From: an uncultured Nitrososphaerota archaeon | GTDB taxonomy: Archaea; Thermoproteota; Nitrososphaeria; Nitrososphaerales; Gagatemarchaeaceae | Assembly (NCBI GenBank): GCA_963838925.1 | Contig: CAWISW010000002.1 | Coordinates: 1-64,000, forward strand | Direction: 5' to 3' | DNA length: 64,000 bases | In this document: positions 37,817-48,109 of the stretch, in pieces | Layout of the letters: the number at the start of each line of letters is the position of its first letter | Numbering within the stretch: position 1 is the stretch's first letter | Notes under the pieces: model-generated | Database searches by the model: none | Told to the model about the DNA's origin: nothing | The model's input: the letters and a program-made list of their open reading frames with translations, nothing else | Made by a program: the position numbers and the translations under genes

Positions 37817-38215
37817 TTGCCTCAGGCCGAGAACCTAGAGTCGGTCCATGCCTTCTTCGACAGGATCCTGAACGAGGGGGACATGGCGAGCCTTGAGAGC
37901 TTCTCCCACCGCGACGTTGCCGTGCCGCAGGCCGCGCCCGGAATCGAGAGCCTCAGGAGGCTCCTGGTCGAGACTAGGGGGACGTTCGCGAACCCCGAGT
38001 ACAAGGTGATGGACACGATATGCGAAGGCGAGAAGGTCGTCGTCCGATTCTCCGCGAAGGCCACGCACGCCGGGAAGTACATGGGCCTTCCCGCAACAGG
38101 CAAGAAGCTCAAGCTCTGGGGAGTGATGATACTCAGGTTCGAGGCAGGCGCCATCGCGGAGTTCTGGACCCTCGTCGACGCCCAGGCCATTCTGAAACAG
38201 CTCAGAGACTCCTAG
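37817..38215 (+). CDS. SnoaL-like ester cyclase
   Basis: EGEKVVVR..THAGKYMGLPATGK. Confidence 0.88.
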   Translation: MPQAENLESVHAFFDRILNEGDMASLESFSHRDVAVPQAAPGIESLRRLLVETRGTFANPEYKVMDTICEGEKVVVRFSAKATHAGKYMGLPATGKKLKLWGVMILRFEAGAIAEFWTLVDAQAILKQLRDS

Positions 38216-38266
38216 ACCGATGGAATCTGCCAGCTAAATACGACATGGAATCTTACGAGGGAGTAG

Positions 38267-38770
38267 ATGGAGATTCTCGAGGGCGAGGCGCTCTACCGAG
38301 CCCTACTTCAGCGATATTCGCAGGACCCCAGGGGCTGGAGCTTCACGGTCTCCCAGTCGCCAAAGAGCGGCTTCTTCGACGCGCTTGTCGCGGGGCCGGA
38401 TGAGGTCTGGCAGCTAAAGCTCGACACGGTATACAAGCCATCTCCGCTCGTGCTCGGCTCGAGGACCGAGCAAGGCCAGCCCAGCGCGACGCCACCTCCC
38501 ATCTCCTTCGGGTTCAGGAGATTCGACCCTCGAGAGGCCCCCGGGCTGCTCGACGGATCCTCGCAGAGCATCAGCGACCTCCTCACATTCCTGCAATCGG
38601 TGAACCCCGTGGCGCCGACCGGGCGGGGCAGCTACATCCAAGGGCCTTTCCTGTTCGCGAACCCTGGCCACGTTAGCCGCTCCCTGAACGGCGAGCAGCA
38701 GACGGTCGACCTTAGGCTTTCCGAAGAGATGCTGAAGCTGGTCCGCAGCAGGTACCCGAGCTACCTCTAG
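38267..38770 (+). CDS. hypothetical protein
   Basis: 167-aa ORF with host-like codon usage, co-oriented with neighbours. Confidence 0.7.
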   Translation: MEILEGEALYRALLQRYSQDPRGWSFTVSQSPKSGFFDALVAGPDEVWQLKLDTVYKPSPLVLGSRTEQGQPSATPPPISFGFRRFDPREAPGLLDGSSQSISDLLTFLQSVNPVAPTGRGSYIQGPFLFANPGHVSRSLNGEQQTVDLRLSEEMLKLVRSRYPSYL

Positions 38771-38857
38771 CCTCCCTGCGTTGAAAACGCCGAGGTTTCA
38801 GAACCCGCGGTCGCACCGCGGAAACGTAATATCCATCCGGGGCGACCGTGGTCGCAG

Positions 38858-40318
38858 ATGGCGTCCGCTTCGCTCGAGTCCTGGACGAGGGAGGCCGAGT
38901 CCCTGGAGACGGCAAAGAACCTGCTCTACTTCAAGCAGCTCGTCGGCCTGAGCTTTGACAAGGACAGGCTCGCATCCCTCGAGGGAAGGACGAAGTCGCA
39001 CTACTCGAGCTATCTCAGGAAGCACGGCAGAGGCACCGACGGGCCGAGGGGGCTGTTCCTGATGTCGGTGAGCACGGTCGGGATGGCGGTCACGTACAAA
39101 CAGCTACTCAAGCTCCACGATGCCAGGGCGACCAAGGTGGTCTCTCGCGAGTTCAAGTTCGGAGGCGCCCCAGTAAACTGGGGCTCTTGGAGGCAGTTCG
39201 CGGCAAGCTCGGACGACTCCCACGCCCGCAAGACCCTCTTCGACGACTTCGTAGAAAAGTCGACGCTGTTGGCGCCCCTCGTCCAGAGGCGCTTCGAGGC
39301 GTACAGGGCGGTCCTAGCCCGGTTCGGGACAGACCCGCTCTCGGCCTACCTGGAGCACGAGGGCGTCTCATACGACAGGCTGACCTCCATGGTCCAGCGT
39401 CTTGGGGAGCTCGCGAAAGGCCCCTTCGCTCAGGCCCTGGCCGGCTACTCCGCGGAGATAATCGGGAGACCCGCCGAGTACTACGACGACTACTACTTCT
39501 TCAGGAACCGGGTCTTCAGGAGATACGCGAAGAAGCTTCCCACCAAGGAGAAGCCCATCGACAAGATCTCGAAGACAATGAAGAAGATGGGTTTGGACGC
39601 CTCCAAGATCGCCGTCGATGACGCCGACCGCAAGGGGAAGAGCGCATCCGCGTTCTGCTCGGGCATCAAGATCCCAACAGACGTAAGGATCTCGTACAGG
39701 AAGGCGAACCCCCTCGAAGACTTTTCCTCCGTCTTCCACGAGTTCGGGCACGGAATCCACTTCTCGTCCATCGACTCGGGCGCGAGCTTCGCCGACAGGT
39801 ACTGGGTCGCGAACGGCGTCGCCGAGATATTCTCGATCTTCTTCGAAGGGCTCATGCACGAGCGGCAGTTCCTTACGACTGAGCTGGGCCTCCCAGGAGA
39901 CGTAGCGGAGGACATCCTTCGGCGCTACCGCTTCAACAGCCTCTACTTCGCGACCTTCTACGCCGCGAACTCGAGCTTGAAGCTGCGTTACTGGCACGAC
40001 TCGTTGCCCTTCGACTCCCTCGACGGCCTCTACTCAGACCTCACCGAGAGGTTCCTCGGAATCAGGTATCCGGGCGCCTACTGGAAGCTCCACCACGTAA
40101 TGCCGGACTACATCCTGTACTCTCCCTCCTACCTCATCGCCGCCGTCCGCGCCCTGGAGCTCCGCAACTCCCTCGTCGCCAAGTTCGGAGAGGCGTACTG
40201 GAGGGAGAAGGGGAGCGGAAGAGAGGTGATGCAGCTGATGCGCCCCGGGCAGTCCCTAGACCTCGGCTTCTCGAAGCTCGACGAGGCGGCCTATGTGAAG
40301 AGCCTAACTGCCGCTTGA
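38858..40318 (+). CDS. M3-like gluzincin metallopeptidase
   Basis: HEFGH zinc motif; downstream AEIFS third ligand. Confidence 0.8.
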   Translation: MASASLESWTREAESLETAKNLLYFKQLVGLSFDKDRLASLEGRTKSHYSSYLRKHGRGTDGPRGLFLMSVSTVGMAVTYKQLLKLHDARATKVVSREFKFGGAPVNWGSWRQFAASSDDSHARKTLFDDFVEKSTLLAPLVQRRFEAYRAVLARFGTDPLSAYLEHEGVSYDRLTSMVQRLGELAKGPFAQALAGYSAEIIGRPAEYYDDYYFFRNRVFRRYAKKLPTKEKPIDKISKTMKKMGLDASKIAVDDADRKGKSASAFCSGIKIPTDVRISYRKANPLEDFSSVFHEFGHGIHFSSIDSGASFADRYWVANGVAEIFSIFFEGLMHERQFLTTELGLPGDVAEDILRRYRFNSLYFATFYAANSSLKLRYWHDSLPFDSLDGLYSDLTERFLGIRYPGAYWKLHHVMPDYILYSPSYLIAAVRALELRNSLVAKFGEAYWREKGSGREVMQLMRPGQSLDLGFSKLDEAAYVKSLTAA

Positions 40319-40347
40319 AGTGGCCAGCCTCTCGGGCGCGTCTATCG

Positions 40348-41073
40348 TCATAGGAGGAGCTTGCTGGCGTTCTCGTAGAGCACTAACTCCTTTTGTCTCT
40401 CAGTGAGGCCAGCGACCTTGACCTTCTGAAGCTCTACCGAGTAGTCGTGAAACGGGTAGTCTGAGCCGAAGACAACCCTTCCCTCGCCTACCCTCTCCAC
40501 CGCCTCTTTGATCTTTGAGTGCATCGAGACGCCGGATGTCTCCAGGATGATGTTGTCGTGCTTCTTGGCCGTGTCTATTGCTGCCTTGATGTAGACGCCA
40601 TGCGCGTGACCCATGTGAAGCATCACGATCCTGACGTCCGGATACATCTCTGCCAGCTCCCCAATACTCCAAGGCAAAGAAAAAGGAGGGTGACCGGAGT
40701 GGATTGCGACTGGTATCCGCTTCTTCCCGGCAAACTCGACGATGGGCAGCACCTCCTCGTCGGTCGGAAGGAAAGCATGAACTAGCGGGTGGAGCTTCAC
40801 CCCCTTGAAACCCCAGCGCGTCACCGACTCCTTGACAAGAGACAGCGCCCCCTTGTCGTGCGGGTTTGGCCACACGTACCCGACGAACCTCTCGGGGTGG
40901 CTCAGCACCGTTTTCCGGACGAGCAGATTGTCTGGAGCGAAGAGAACCGCCCTCTCTACACCTGAAGCGTCCATTTTGCTAAGAAGCTCTTTGGCTGAGC
41001 AAGAGACGTTCGCCCAGCTGCCGAACCGGCCCACGTGCGAGTGAGCGTCGATGATTTTGGTCGGGTCTGACAA
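40348..41073 (-). CDS. amidohydrolase family 2 protein
   Basis: IDAHSH, KGVKLHP, HSG, HMG, FGSDYP. Confidence 0.9.
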   Translation of the reverse strand: MSDPTKIIDAHSHVGRFGSWANVSCSAKELLSKMDASGVERAVLFAPDNLLVRKTVLSHPERFVGYVWPNPHDKGALSLVKESVTRWGFKGVKLHPLVHAFLPTDEEVLPIVEFAGKKRIPVAIHSGHPPFSLPWSIGELAEMYPDVRIVMLHMGHAHGVYIKAAIDTAKKHDNIILETSGVSMHSKIKEAVERVGEGRVVFGSDYPFHDYSVELQKVKVAGLTERQKELVLYENASKLLL

Positions 41074-41083
41074 CGTTACTCTC

Positions 41084-42685
41084 CTACTCGGGAGGGATTT
41101 GCGACTGCGCGAGGCGGAGGTCCACTCCCCTGCTCTTGTGATAGCGATAAGACACAAAATAGATCGCGACCGGTATCAGCACGACCACCCCCACGACTAT
41201 CTGTGCGGACGCCTGGAAGGGCCCCACCGCGGGGTTTGCCACGCTGTTGTATCCCAGGTAGGCGAAGAGGGCGGCGGCGACGGCGCCCAGCACCGAGATC
41301 GTTGGGACTCCCCGCCTCCTCCCTCCCGTCGCGGACTCGTAGACGTCCCGCCTCGTGAAGGGCAGCAGGACCGCGCTCACCGCCGCGAGGAACCAGACCA
41401 CGCTGTAGAAGAAGACGGCGTTGACCTGGGCGGAGATGAACGACGTGAAGTACTGCAGGTACATGGGGATGAGCGCGAGCACCGCACCGAGAATGATCGC
41501 GTTGACAGGGGTGTGGAACCTGTCGCTCACCTTGGAGAGCCACTGGGGCATCACCCTGTCGAACGACCAGGCCAGGAAGAGCCTGCTGATGAAGACCAGG
41601 CTCAGCCACGACCACCCGATGTTCCCGATGAAGAGCCCTATCACTATCAGCCAAAGCAGCAGGCTGCTGGGGTTGAGCACGGTCGCGAACGCCGTCGGGA
41701 CCGTCGAGAGCGGCGCGCCTCCCCCTCCGTTCTGGATCGCCCACGCCTCGATGAAGGGCAGGCCTACGACCTTGTCGAGCACGTAGGTTAGCCCGAACCA
41801 GATCGCTATCGAGACGGCCTCCGCGAGGACCAGGCCGTAGAGCAGCGAAGTACGCGGCCTCCTGATCTCCCCGCCCACGAACTGCATCACGGGGTAGGGG
41901 CCGATGCTGACGAAGAGCAGGGGGACCACCGCCCCGATGCTCGCTAGGCTCGCGCCAGGGACGTACCCGCTCGCCGCGGCGTCCGAGTAGACCTTTGATA
42001 CGCCACCTTGGAAGTAGGCGTTGTACGCGTTGACGAAGTCAGCGTGGCTGCTGGTCAGGAAGATCACGAGGACCAGCAGCATGGTGAAGACGCCGTAGCC
42101 GAAGAAAGAGTAGACCACCAGCCTGAAGATCCTCCCCCCGGCGATGACCAGCACCGCCCCGATGGCGAGGATCGCTATTCCCACCGCCATGAGGACGGCC
42201 GGGGCGCTGGAGACTCCCGGGGTGATGAAGTTCCCGAGCGACGCGATGCCCTGGTCGCCGAGCACCTTCCCCGCGAACGAAAGCTGCGTCCCGGTCTCTG
42301 AGAACGCCCAGTACGACCCCGAGCCTGCGGAGACCAGGATCGCCACGAAGAAGAGGAAGCTAGCGACGAAGCCCAGGGGGCTCGACAGGACCCTCGAGAT
42401 GAACACGTAGTCCCCTCCCGAGCGCGGCATGACCGTCGTGAGCTGCCAATACAGGAGGACTATCACTATGGCAATGACAGCCCAGACCGCAAGGCTCGCG
42501 TAGTAGTTCACGTTCTGGTAGTAGTCCGGCGTGACCCAGAATATCCCCGCCCAGCTCGTCAGCCACGGGAAGAAGATGACGCTCCACGTGAACACGTCGA
42601 TTGCGCTGAACTGCCTTACAAGTCCGGTCGCCTGCCTCACGAAATAGCCGCCTTCCGAGGGTACGCCAGGCCGCTGCCGATTCAT
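41084..42685 (-). CDS. APC family amino acid permease
   Basis: FVRQATGLVR, MPRSGGDYVFISR, SFDRVMP, C-terminal IPPE. Confidence 0.9.
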   Translation of the reverse strand: MNRQRPGVPSEGGYFVRQATGLVRQFSAIDVFTWSVIFFPWLTSWAGIFWVTPDYYQNVNYYASLAVWAVIAIVIVLLYWQLTTVMPRSGGDYVFISRVLSSPLGFVASFLFFVAILVSAGSGSYWAFSETGTQLSFAGKVLGDQGIASLGNFITPGVSSAPAVLMAVGIAILAIGAVLVIAGGRIFRLVVYSFFGYGVFTMLLVLVIFLTSSHADFVNAYNAYFQGGVSKVYSDAAASGYVPGASLASIGAVVPLLFVSIGPYPVMQFVGGEIRRPRTSLLYGLVLAEAVSIAIWFGLTYVLDKVVGLPFIEAWAIQNGGGGAPLSTVPTAFATVLNPSSLLLWLIVIGLFIGNIGWSWLSLVFISRLFLAWSFDRVMPQWLSKVSDRFHTPVNAIILGAVLALIPMYLQYFTSFISAQVNAVFFYSVVWFLAAVSAVLLPFTRRDVYESATGGRRRGVPTISVLGAVAAALFAYLGYNSVANPAVGPFQASAQIVVGVVVLIPVAIYFVSYRYHKSRGVDLRLAQSQIPPE

Positions 42686-42830
42686 TCCCTCGTCTTCGCT
42701 CACAGTGAGGCTTGCCGGACTTTCTCCCGGGCGGCTGACTATTAGGTTGTTGCCCTCCTCGTCCGACGCTTGCCCGGACGGAAAGGTTTTACCGGGTGGG
42801 CGCGGAAGCCATCCCGGAACCGAGAGGCCC

Positions 42831-43178
42831 ATGAAGAACCCATTCTCCGGGGGAAGCGCAAAGAAGACGGGCCAGGTCTCGGGGCTCGAGTCGATCCCCG
42901 CAGGCGCCCAGATGATCCCCATGGACGTGAAGAAGCAGTACGAGGAGAAGCCGATCCACCTCTATCACCCCACCCCCTACAACGTCATCACCGTCCTGAG
43001 GAACAGGAAGCAGACCAACGAATGGCTGGTCTGCGGCTGGTACATCGACACCTTCAGGGAGCACGGGGTGGTCAAGGGGCTCGTGTACCGGGCGGTCTCC
43101 TCCGACGAAGACAAGGAGCACGTAATGACGGAGCTGAAGAAGCTGGACAAGGACGCCAGCGTGAAGTTCGCGCTGTGA
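42831..43178 (+). CDS. hypothetical protein
   Basis: Host-like codon usage; upstream of the thioredoxin gene. Confidence 0.7.
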   Translation: MKNPFSGGSAKKTGQVSGLESIPAGAQMIPMDVKKQYEEKPIHLYHPTPYNVITVLRNRKQTNEWLVCGWYIDTFREHGVVKGLVYRAVSSDEDKEHVMTELKKLDKDASVKFAL

Positions 43179-43253
43179 CACCCGGCCGGCATTGAGGCCG
43201 CAGACCCGCGCTTCCGCTCCAAAGGAATAAAAGGGGGCCTGAGCGCGCGCCGA

Positions 43254-43601
43254 TTGGGAAGAGAATTGGAGACCAAGACGCTCCCTCACCTAAAGTCAGC
43301 CGAGTTCGAGAAGGAAGTGCTGAAGGCGCAGACCCCCGCTGTGGTCGACTTCTACGCAGACTGGTGCGGCCCGTGCAGGATGGTCTCCCCCATAATCGAG
43401 CAGCTCTCCAAGGAGTACGAGGGGAAGGTCAAGTTCGTGAAGCTCAACACGGATGAGAACCCCGACATCGCCATGAAGTATGGGATAATGAGCATCCCGA
43501 CCATAATGGTCTTCAAGAACGGGCAGGTCGCGTCCACGGTAATCGGCGCGGGGCCGGCCTCGATGTACAAGCAGAAGATCGACTCTGTGCTGAAGAGCTA
43601 G
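43254..43601 (+). CDS. trxA: thioredoxin
   Basis: WCGPC active site. Confidence 0.95.
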   Translation: MGRELETKTLPHLKSAEFEKEVLKAQTPAVVDFYADWCGPCRMVSPIIEQLSKEYEGKVKFVKLNTDENPDIAMKYGIMSIPTIMVFKNGQVASTVIGAGPASMYKQKIDSVLKS

Positions 43602-43628
43602 TCGAGCGTTCCGGTTCGCGAAGGGTTC

Positions 43629-44999
43629 TCAGTTGCTCAGGGTGTAGACCCTGTCGCCCTCCGCCCTCGTCCCCTCTTTGCCTATGCTGTCGAGGACGAA
43701 CCTCTTGGAGGCGCCAGGCGGCCACTCGCTGGGGGCTATGCTTCCGGAGTGGATCTTCTCGTATTCTGCGATCGAGAGCTTCTTCCTCGAGTTCAACCTC
43801 GGCATCAGGTCGAACCTCTTCGAGGCCTCCTTGAACGCGTCTGGAACAAGATTGGCCTGGATGACCGCGTGGCTGCCGCTGCCGTAACCGCAGAGTATGA
43901 CCTTCTTCCTGCCGAGGTCCTCCTTGTCGTTCTCGAACATGCTGTCGAGCCCGACGAAGACCGAGACCGAGTACGAGTTGCCTACGAGCTCCGGGGCCAC
44001 GACGGAGCTACCCACGCGCGTGGCGAAGTCATCTACGAATGCCTTCGAGTTCATGAACTTCCTCCTAAAGTCCCCGTAGGCTTCGCTCATGTAGTACGCT
44101 AGGTCGTCCATCCCCTCCCTCGAAGGCTCCGGGCCGATAGCCCCGACCACCTCCTTCCATCGGGGCAGCGACCTCCACTCATGCATCAGGAGCGACGCGT
44201 ACGCGGAGATGACCATCTTCTTGTGCGGGTTGTGGTATATCGCCCGGTCGAAGTTGTCGATGGTCGCTCGGTCGCCCGTGGGCTTCAGCCCAGCGTTGGC
44301 GGCCGCGGACTGGAAGTTCAGCCATGCGAGCTTCATCTCGCTGAGGTAGGACGCGTACGACCTCGCGCCGTCCACTAGCGCGACCGTCCTCCCGCCGGGC
44401 TTCTTGAAGTCGCCCTTCTCGTTCCTCAGCGCCGCCCCGAACGCCCCCGGGATTATCTCCAGCAGCCTGGGGTCCTTTGCAATCAGGACGGCGGCTGCGG
44501 CGGCCCCCTGGGTGGGCTCCTCCCTGCTCTTGAGGTCGTACTTCGCGACGTCGGTCGCGACTATCAGCGCGTACTTCGAGGTGTTCCAGCCCGCCGCGAA
44601 CCAGGCGCTCGTGTCGAGGTAGCGCTCCATCCCGCTCACGCAGGCGAACTTCTGCTCGTAGCCCAGGACGTGTGACAGGCTCCCGTTCCCGTAGACCTGC
44701 TCGAGCATCCCCACGACGTCTGAGACCAGCGCCCTGGAGCTGTCCAGCCCGCTCTCGGTAGGCGTGTCAATCCTGAAGATCTCCTTGGGCGATATCTTGT
44801 AAGCTTCCATCAGGCGGTGGGCCGCGGTCGCCGCCATGCTCGACTGGTCCTCGTTAGGGGGCGGCACCGAGAAGGTCTTGACCCCGACGCCCTCGGTGAA
44901 GTGCTTGGGGGCGCTGCCCCTCGCAACCGCAAGCTCCGCGTTGTCGACGTAGTACTCCGGCGAGTAGACGTAGAGGCCGTCGATTCCCACCTTTGTCAT
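43629..44999 (-). CDS. hydroxymethylglutaryl-CoA synthase
   Basis: TES, KFAC, DVAKY..EPTQGAAA, HNP, GNSY, GYGSG. Confidence 0.9.
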   Translation of the reverse strand: MTKVGIDGLYVYSPEYYVDNAELAVARGSAPKHFTEGVGVKTFSVPPPNEDQSSMAATAAHRLMEAYKISPKEIFRIDTPTESGLDSSRALVSDVVGMLEQVYGNGSLSHVLGYEQKFACVSGMERYLDTSAWFAAGWNTSKYALIVATDVAKYDLKSREEPTQGAAAAAVLIAKDPRLLEIIPGAFGAALRNEKGDFKKPGGRTVALVDGARSYASYLSEMKLAWLNFQSAAANAGLKPTGDRATIDNFDRAIYHNPHKKMVISAYASLLMHEWRSLPRWKEVVGAIGPEPSREGMDDLAYYMSEAYGDFRRKFMNSKAFVDDFATRVGSSVVAPELVGNSYSVSVFVGLDSMFENDKEDLGRKKVILCGYGSGSHAVIQANLVPDAFKEASKRFDLMPRLNSRKKLSIAEYEKIHSGSIAPSEWPPGASKRFVLDSIGKEGTRAEGDRVYTLSN

Positions 45000-45117
45000 G
45001 CGTTGGCCGCCGCGCGGTCCCGCCGAGTATTTATTGTGTGAGTTGCCTCATTCCACTTGGGCGATTGACGAAGGGGCCGGCAACGTTAATCTAGGCGCGA
45101 CGGCCTTTCTTGAACGC

Positions 45118-46053
45118 TTGAGGATCTACTCCTTCATCCCCAGCGCGACGGAGATGGTCTACGCGCTCGGGCTGGAGGACCAGCTGTACGGGGTGACCCA
45201 CGAGTGCGACTTCCCGCCCGAAGCTCGTACCAAGCCCGTCGCGATAAGTTCGCTCCTGGAGATGTCGGGACTGAGCCAGCGTGAGATAGACGACAGCGTC
45301 GTCGAGAGCATTTCCCACAGACACGGCCTCTACTCGATAGACAGGGGACTCCTCAGGGAGAACCCTCCTGACGTGGTCATCACCCAAGAGCTCTGCGACG
45401 TCTGCTCTGTCTCCCTCCGCGACGTCCTCTCGACCCTCTCGGAGCTGTCAGGGAGCTGCAAGGTCGTCTCCCTCAAGCCCAGGGGGCTGGGCGGGGTGAT
45501 GGAGGACATTCTGACCGTCGGGTTGGCCTGCGGCGCAGAGCCTGAGGCCAGGGCGCTCGTCGGGTCGCTTGAAGCCAGGGTCCAAAGGGTCAGAGACGCC
45601 GCTGCGAGCCTCGAGAGGAAGAGGGTCTTCTGCGCGGAGTGGTTCGACCCGGTCTTCGCCTCGGGGCACTGGGTACCTGAGATGGTCTCCATCTCGGGAG
45701 GGGAGGACCGCCTCGGAATCGCGGGGCAGGACTCGCGCAAGATCCCTTGGGACCTGGTCCCTGAGTACGACCCCGAGGTGCTAATCCTGATGCCCTGCGG
45801 ATTCGACACGGAACGCGCCGCCGGTGACGTCTCGATTCTGGCCAAGAACAAGGGCTGGGAGTCGATGGCGGCCGTGAAGAGCGGCGACGTCTTCGCGACC
45901 AACGGTTCCGCGTACTACTCAAGGCCCGGCCCTCGCCTGGTGGACGGCCTCGAGCTGATGGCGAAGATGATACACCCCGAGGCATTCGGGAGCGACTTGC
46001 CTCCCCAGCAGGCGAAGAGGGTGGGCCGGCGGCTTCTCAGGAGCCTCCAGTAA
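45118..46053 (+). CDS. BtuF-like cobalamin/Fe-siderophore binding family protein (no signal peptide)
   Basis: PSATE, GVTHECDFP, TQELCDVC, GHWVPE, SRPGPRL. Confidence 0.85.
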   Translation: MRIYSFIPSATEMVYALGLEDQLYGVTHECDFPPEARTKPVAISSLLEMSGLSQREIDDSVVESISHRHGLYSIDRGLLRENPPDVVITQELCDVCSVSLRDVLSTLSELSGSCKVVSLKPRGLGGVMEDILTVGLACGAEPEARALVGSLEARVQRVRDAAASLERKRVFCAEWFDPVFASGHWVPEMVSISGGEDRLGIAGQDSRKIPWDLVPEYDPEVLILMPCGFDTERAAGDVSILAKNKGWESMAAVKSGDVFATNGSAYYSRPGPRLVDGLELMAKMIHPEAFGSDLPPQQAKRVGRRLLRSLQ

Positions 46054-46085
46054 CGCAAATAACGAGGCGCTCCCTCGACATCTCA

Positions 46086-46424
46086 ATGAAGCTACTCTTG
46101 AAGCACGACCTGCCGAGGAGGCTTAGAAGCGCCCAAGTCTACGTGGAGTTCCTCAACGCATCGCTCTTCCTCTCGGTCGACGGCTCAAAGGCGAGCGTCA
46201 TGGGGAGCATCGGAGGCCAGCACGGAAGGCCCATAGCCGTCTCAGACAGAGAGTACTCGAGCTACAGGGCCTCCCACGACGTCGTCGAGGTCGTTGACCA
46301 GGACGAGGAGCGCGTCGTCCTGAAGAACGCGGACGGCTACGAGGAAGAGTGGCTCCGCCCGAAGTGGGTCCTCACCGGGGTAAGGCGGGCAAGGCAGACG
46401 GACCACAAGCCTGCCAGCGACTAG
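46086..46424 (+). CDS. hypothetical protein
   Basis: ATG start with host-like codon usage. Confidence 0.65.
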   Translation: MKLLLKHDLPRRLRSAQVYVEFLNASLFLSVDGSKASVMGSIGGQHGRPIAVSDREYSSYRASHDVVEVVDQDEERVVLKNADGYEEEWLRPKWVLTGVRRARQTDHKPASD

Positions 46425-46449
46425 ATGGACGAAACGGGTTCCGACTGCG

Positions 46450-46764
46450 CTACTCTGCGTCTTCCTCTATCGGGGCCTGGTCGTCGCCGTCATCGGCCGA
46501 CTCCTCTATGACAATCTCTTCTTCGACGATCTTGTCGCCCTTTTCCGAAAGCATCTCGTCGGTGGAGTACCAGTGCTTCTTCCCGTCCAGCCCTCCCATC
46601 TCCACCTCGGCGAAGCCGGCCAGCGTCCTCCCCGTGAGGACGCCCAGGCGCTGCTTGCCCGAGGGCAGAGCTGACTTCTTGACCTCGACGCCGTCCTCAC
46701 CGAAGACAGCCTCCTTCGTCGGGTTGCAGTTGACCTTCACGCCTTTGGCGGGCCTGACCTCCAT
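46450..46764 (-). CDS. hypothetical protein with acidic tail
   Basis: SH3-like beta pattern followed by E/D-rich tail. Confidence 0.7.
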   Translation of the reverse strand: MEVRPAKGVKVNCNPTKEAVFGEDGVEVKKSALPSGKQRLGVLTGRTLAGFAEVEMGGLDGKKHWYSTDEMLSEKGDKIVEEEIVIEESADDGDDQAPIEEDAE

Positions 46765-46818
46765 TGAGTCCGCCCGTGAATGTCTCAGCAGTTGTTTATC
46801 AACGATTCGTCGGCCGCG

Positions 46819-47151
46819 TTAGAATAGAGAGCCGATTTCGTCAAGGATCTTTCTGGTCTCGCTGAAGACCGACGCCGCGCTCAAGGGCTCTCTTCCCCTC
46901 GCCGCGAACGACGCCCCGACCATCACCGCGCCCGGCACCGCCGTGATGGGGTCGGGCGCCAGTATCAGGGCCACCCCGGCCTTTCGCAGCGTCTTCGAGA
47001 GGGAATTGGGGCGCGCCACCTGCCGAAGCCCCTCCCGCGTGCCACGGTCCGCTAGCGCCCCCGCCACCGCGCCCCGGTCGCCCATGATTCGAGCGACAGA
47101 ACTCGCGCTCGACCTGATGAGCTGCCCTTGGCGATGGCTTTCGCTAACCAC
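46819..47151 (-). CDS. hypothetical protein
   Basis: GVALILAPDPIT..PG motif. Confidence 0.6.
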   Translation of the reverse strand: MVSESHRQGQLIRSSASSVARIMGDRGAVAGALADRGTREGLRQVARPNSLSKTLRKAGVALILAPDPITAVPGAVMVGASFAARGREPLSAASVFSETRKILDEIGSLF

Positions 47152-47235
47152 GCAGGAATGTTCTCCCGACCTCGCTTAACCGGGAGCTGGTCAAAAGACG
47201 TTGGCCACGGACTCAAAAGTGGGGACGGTTCGCGC

Positions 47236-47640
47236 CTAGACGGGCGCTGCCACGGCCTGGGTCATCGACTTGCGCCTGCTCCTCGCCGCCATCATCCCCC
47301 CGAGCGCCAGAAGGACGAGTATGACGACCGCGAGTCCCTGATGGGCCATCTCTAGCATCGCGTCTGGATACGCGAGTACCCTGAAGCCCAGTGCGACCTG
47401 AGCGAAGGTCAGCGCGAACGCCAACGCGTAGACGAGCTTGGCGATCATCGAGCTAGGCATGAAGAAGATGCTCGAGACCAGGAACGCGACCAGAGCGATC
47501 CCGCCGATCCCTATCAGCATGTGGGGGAGGATGAGCGCGCTGCCGGTCGGATTGCCGGAGCCCGCGAGAGCGAACCCTATGATTATCTGGACGACTAGTC
47601 CGCCGGCCCCGATAGCGCCGGCGAGCGTTTGGTTGTTCAA
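47236..47640 (-). CDS. 4-TM membrane protein with two intramembrane His
   Basis: LPHMLIG and MAHQGLA helices. Confidence 0.75.
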   Translation of the reverse strand: MNNQTLAGAIGAGGLVVQIIIGFALAGSGNPTGSALILPHMLIGIGGIALVAFLVSSIFFMPSSMIAKLVYALAFALTFAQVALGFRVLAYPDAMLEMAHQGLAVVILVLLALGGMMAARSRRKSMTQAVAAPV

Positions 47641-47734
47641 GATTCGGTTCCTTCGGCAGACTCACCGGAGCCCGGATTTAATATGTTTCCATGAACCGAG
47701 CACTCCTTAACTACTCTGGCTCGAATCTGCAGCC

Positions 47735-48049
47735 ATGGCGAGGCTGTCAGACGCCCAGGTCGAGCGCGCCCTCAAGCCTCTGAAGGGGTGGAGGCGCGAC
47801 GGCGACTTCATCGCAAAGGACTTTCGCTTCAGGACGTTCCTCGGAGGGATCCGGTTCGTCGACAAGGTAGCAAGGATCGCAGAGTCGCAGGAGCACCACC
47901 CCGACATCCACGTCGTCTGGACAACCGTCACCCTGAAGATCCAGACCCACGACCAAGGCGGGATCACCGGCCTCGACGTCGCCTTGGCGGCGGAGATAGA
48001 GAAGCGCGCTTCCCCCGCCAAGAGGAAGCCCGCAGCCACGGACCGATAA
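47735..48049 (+). CDS. pterin-4-alpha-carbinolamine dehydratase
   Basis: HHPDI..THD..GIT.LD. Confidence 0.92.
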   Translation: MARLSDAQVERALKPLKGWRRDGDFIAKDFRFRTFLGGIRFVDKVARIAESQEHHPDIHVVWTTVTLKIQTHDQGGITGLDVALAAEIEKRASPAKRKPAATDR

Positions 48050-48060
48050 GCCCCGATAAT

Positions 48061-48086
48061 TCTTATATACAACTCGAAGTTGTATA
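48061..48086 (+). promoter_or_regulatory. TATA box overlapped by a perfect palindrome upstream of the thermosome gene
   Basis: tcttatat box; tatacaact-cga-agttgtata (9-bp arms, 48066-48086). Confidence 0.7.
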
Positions 48087-48109
48087 CCCGCATCGGTGCA
48101 TCAGAGTAA

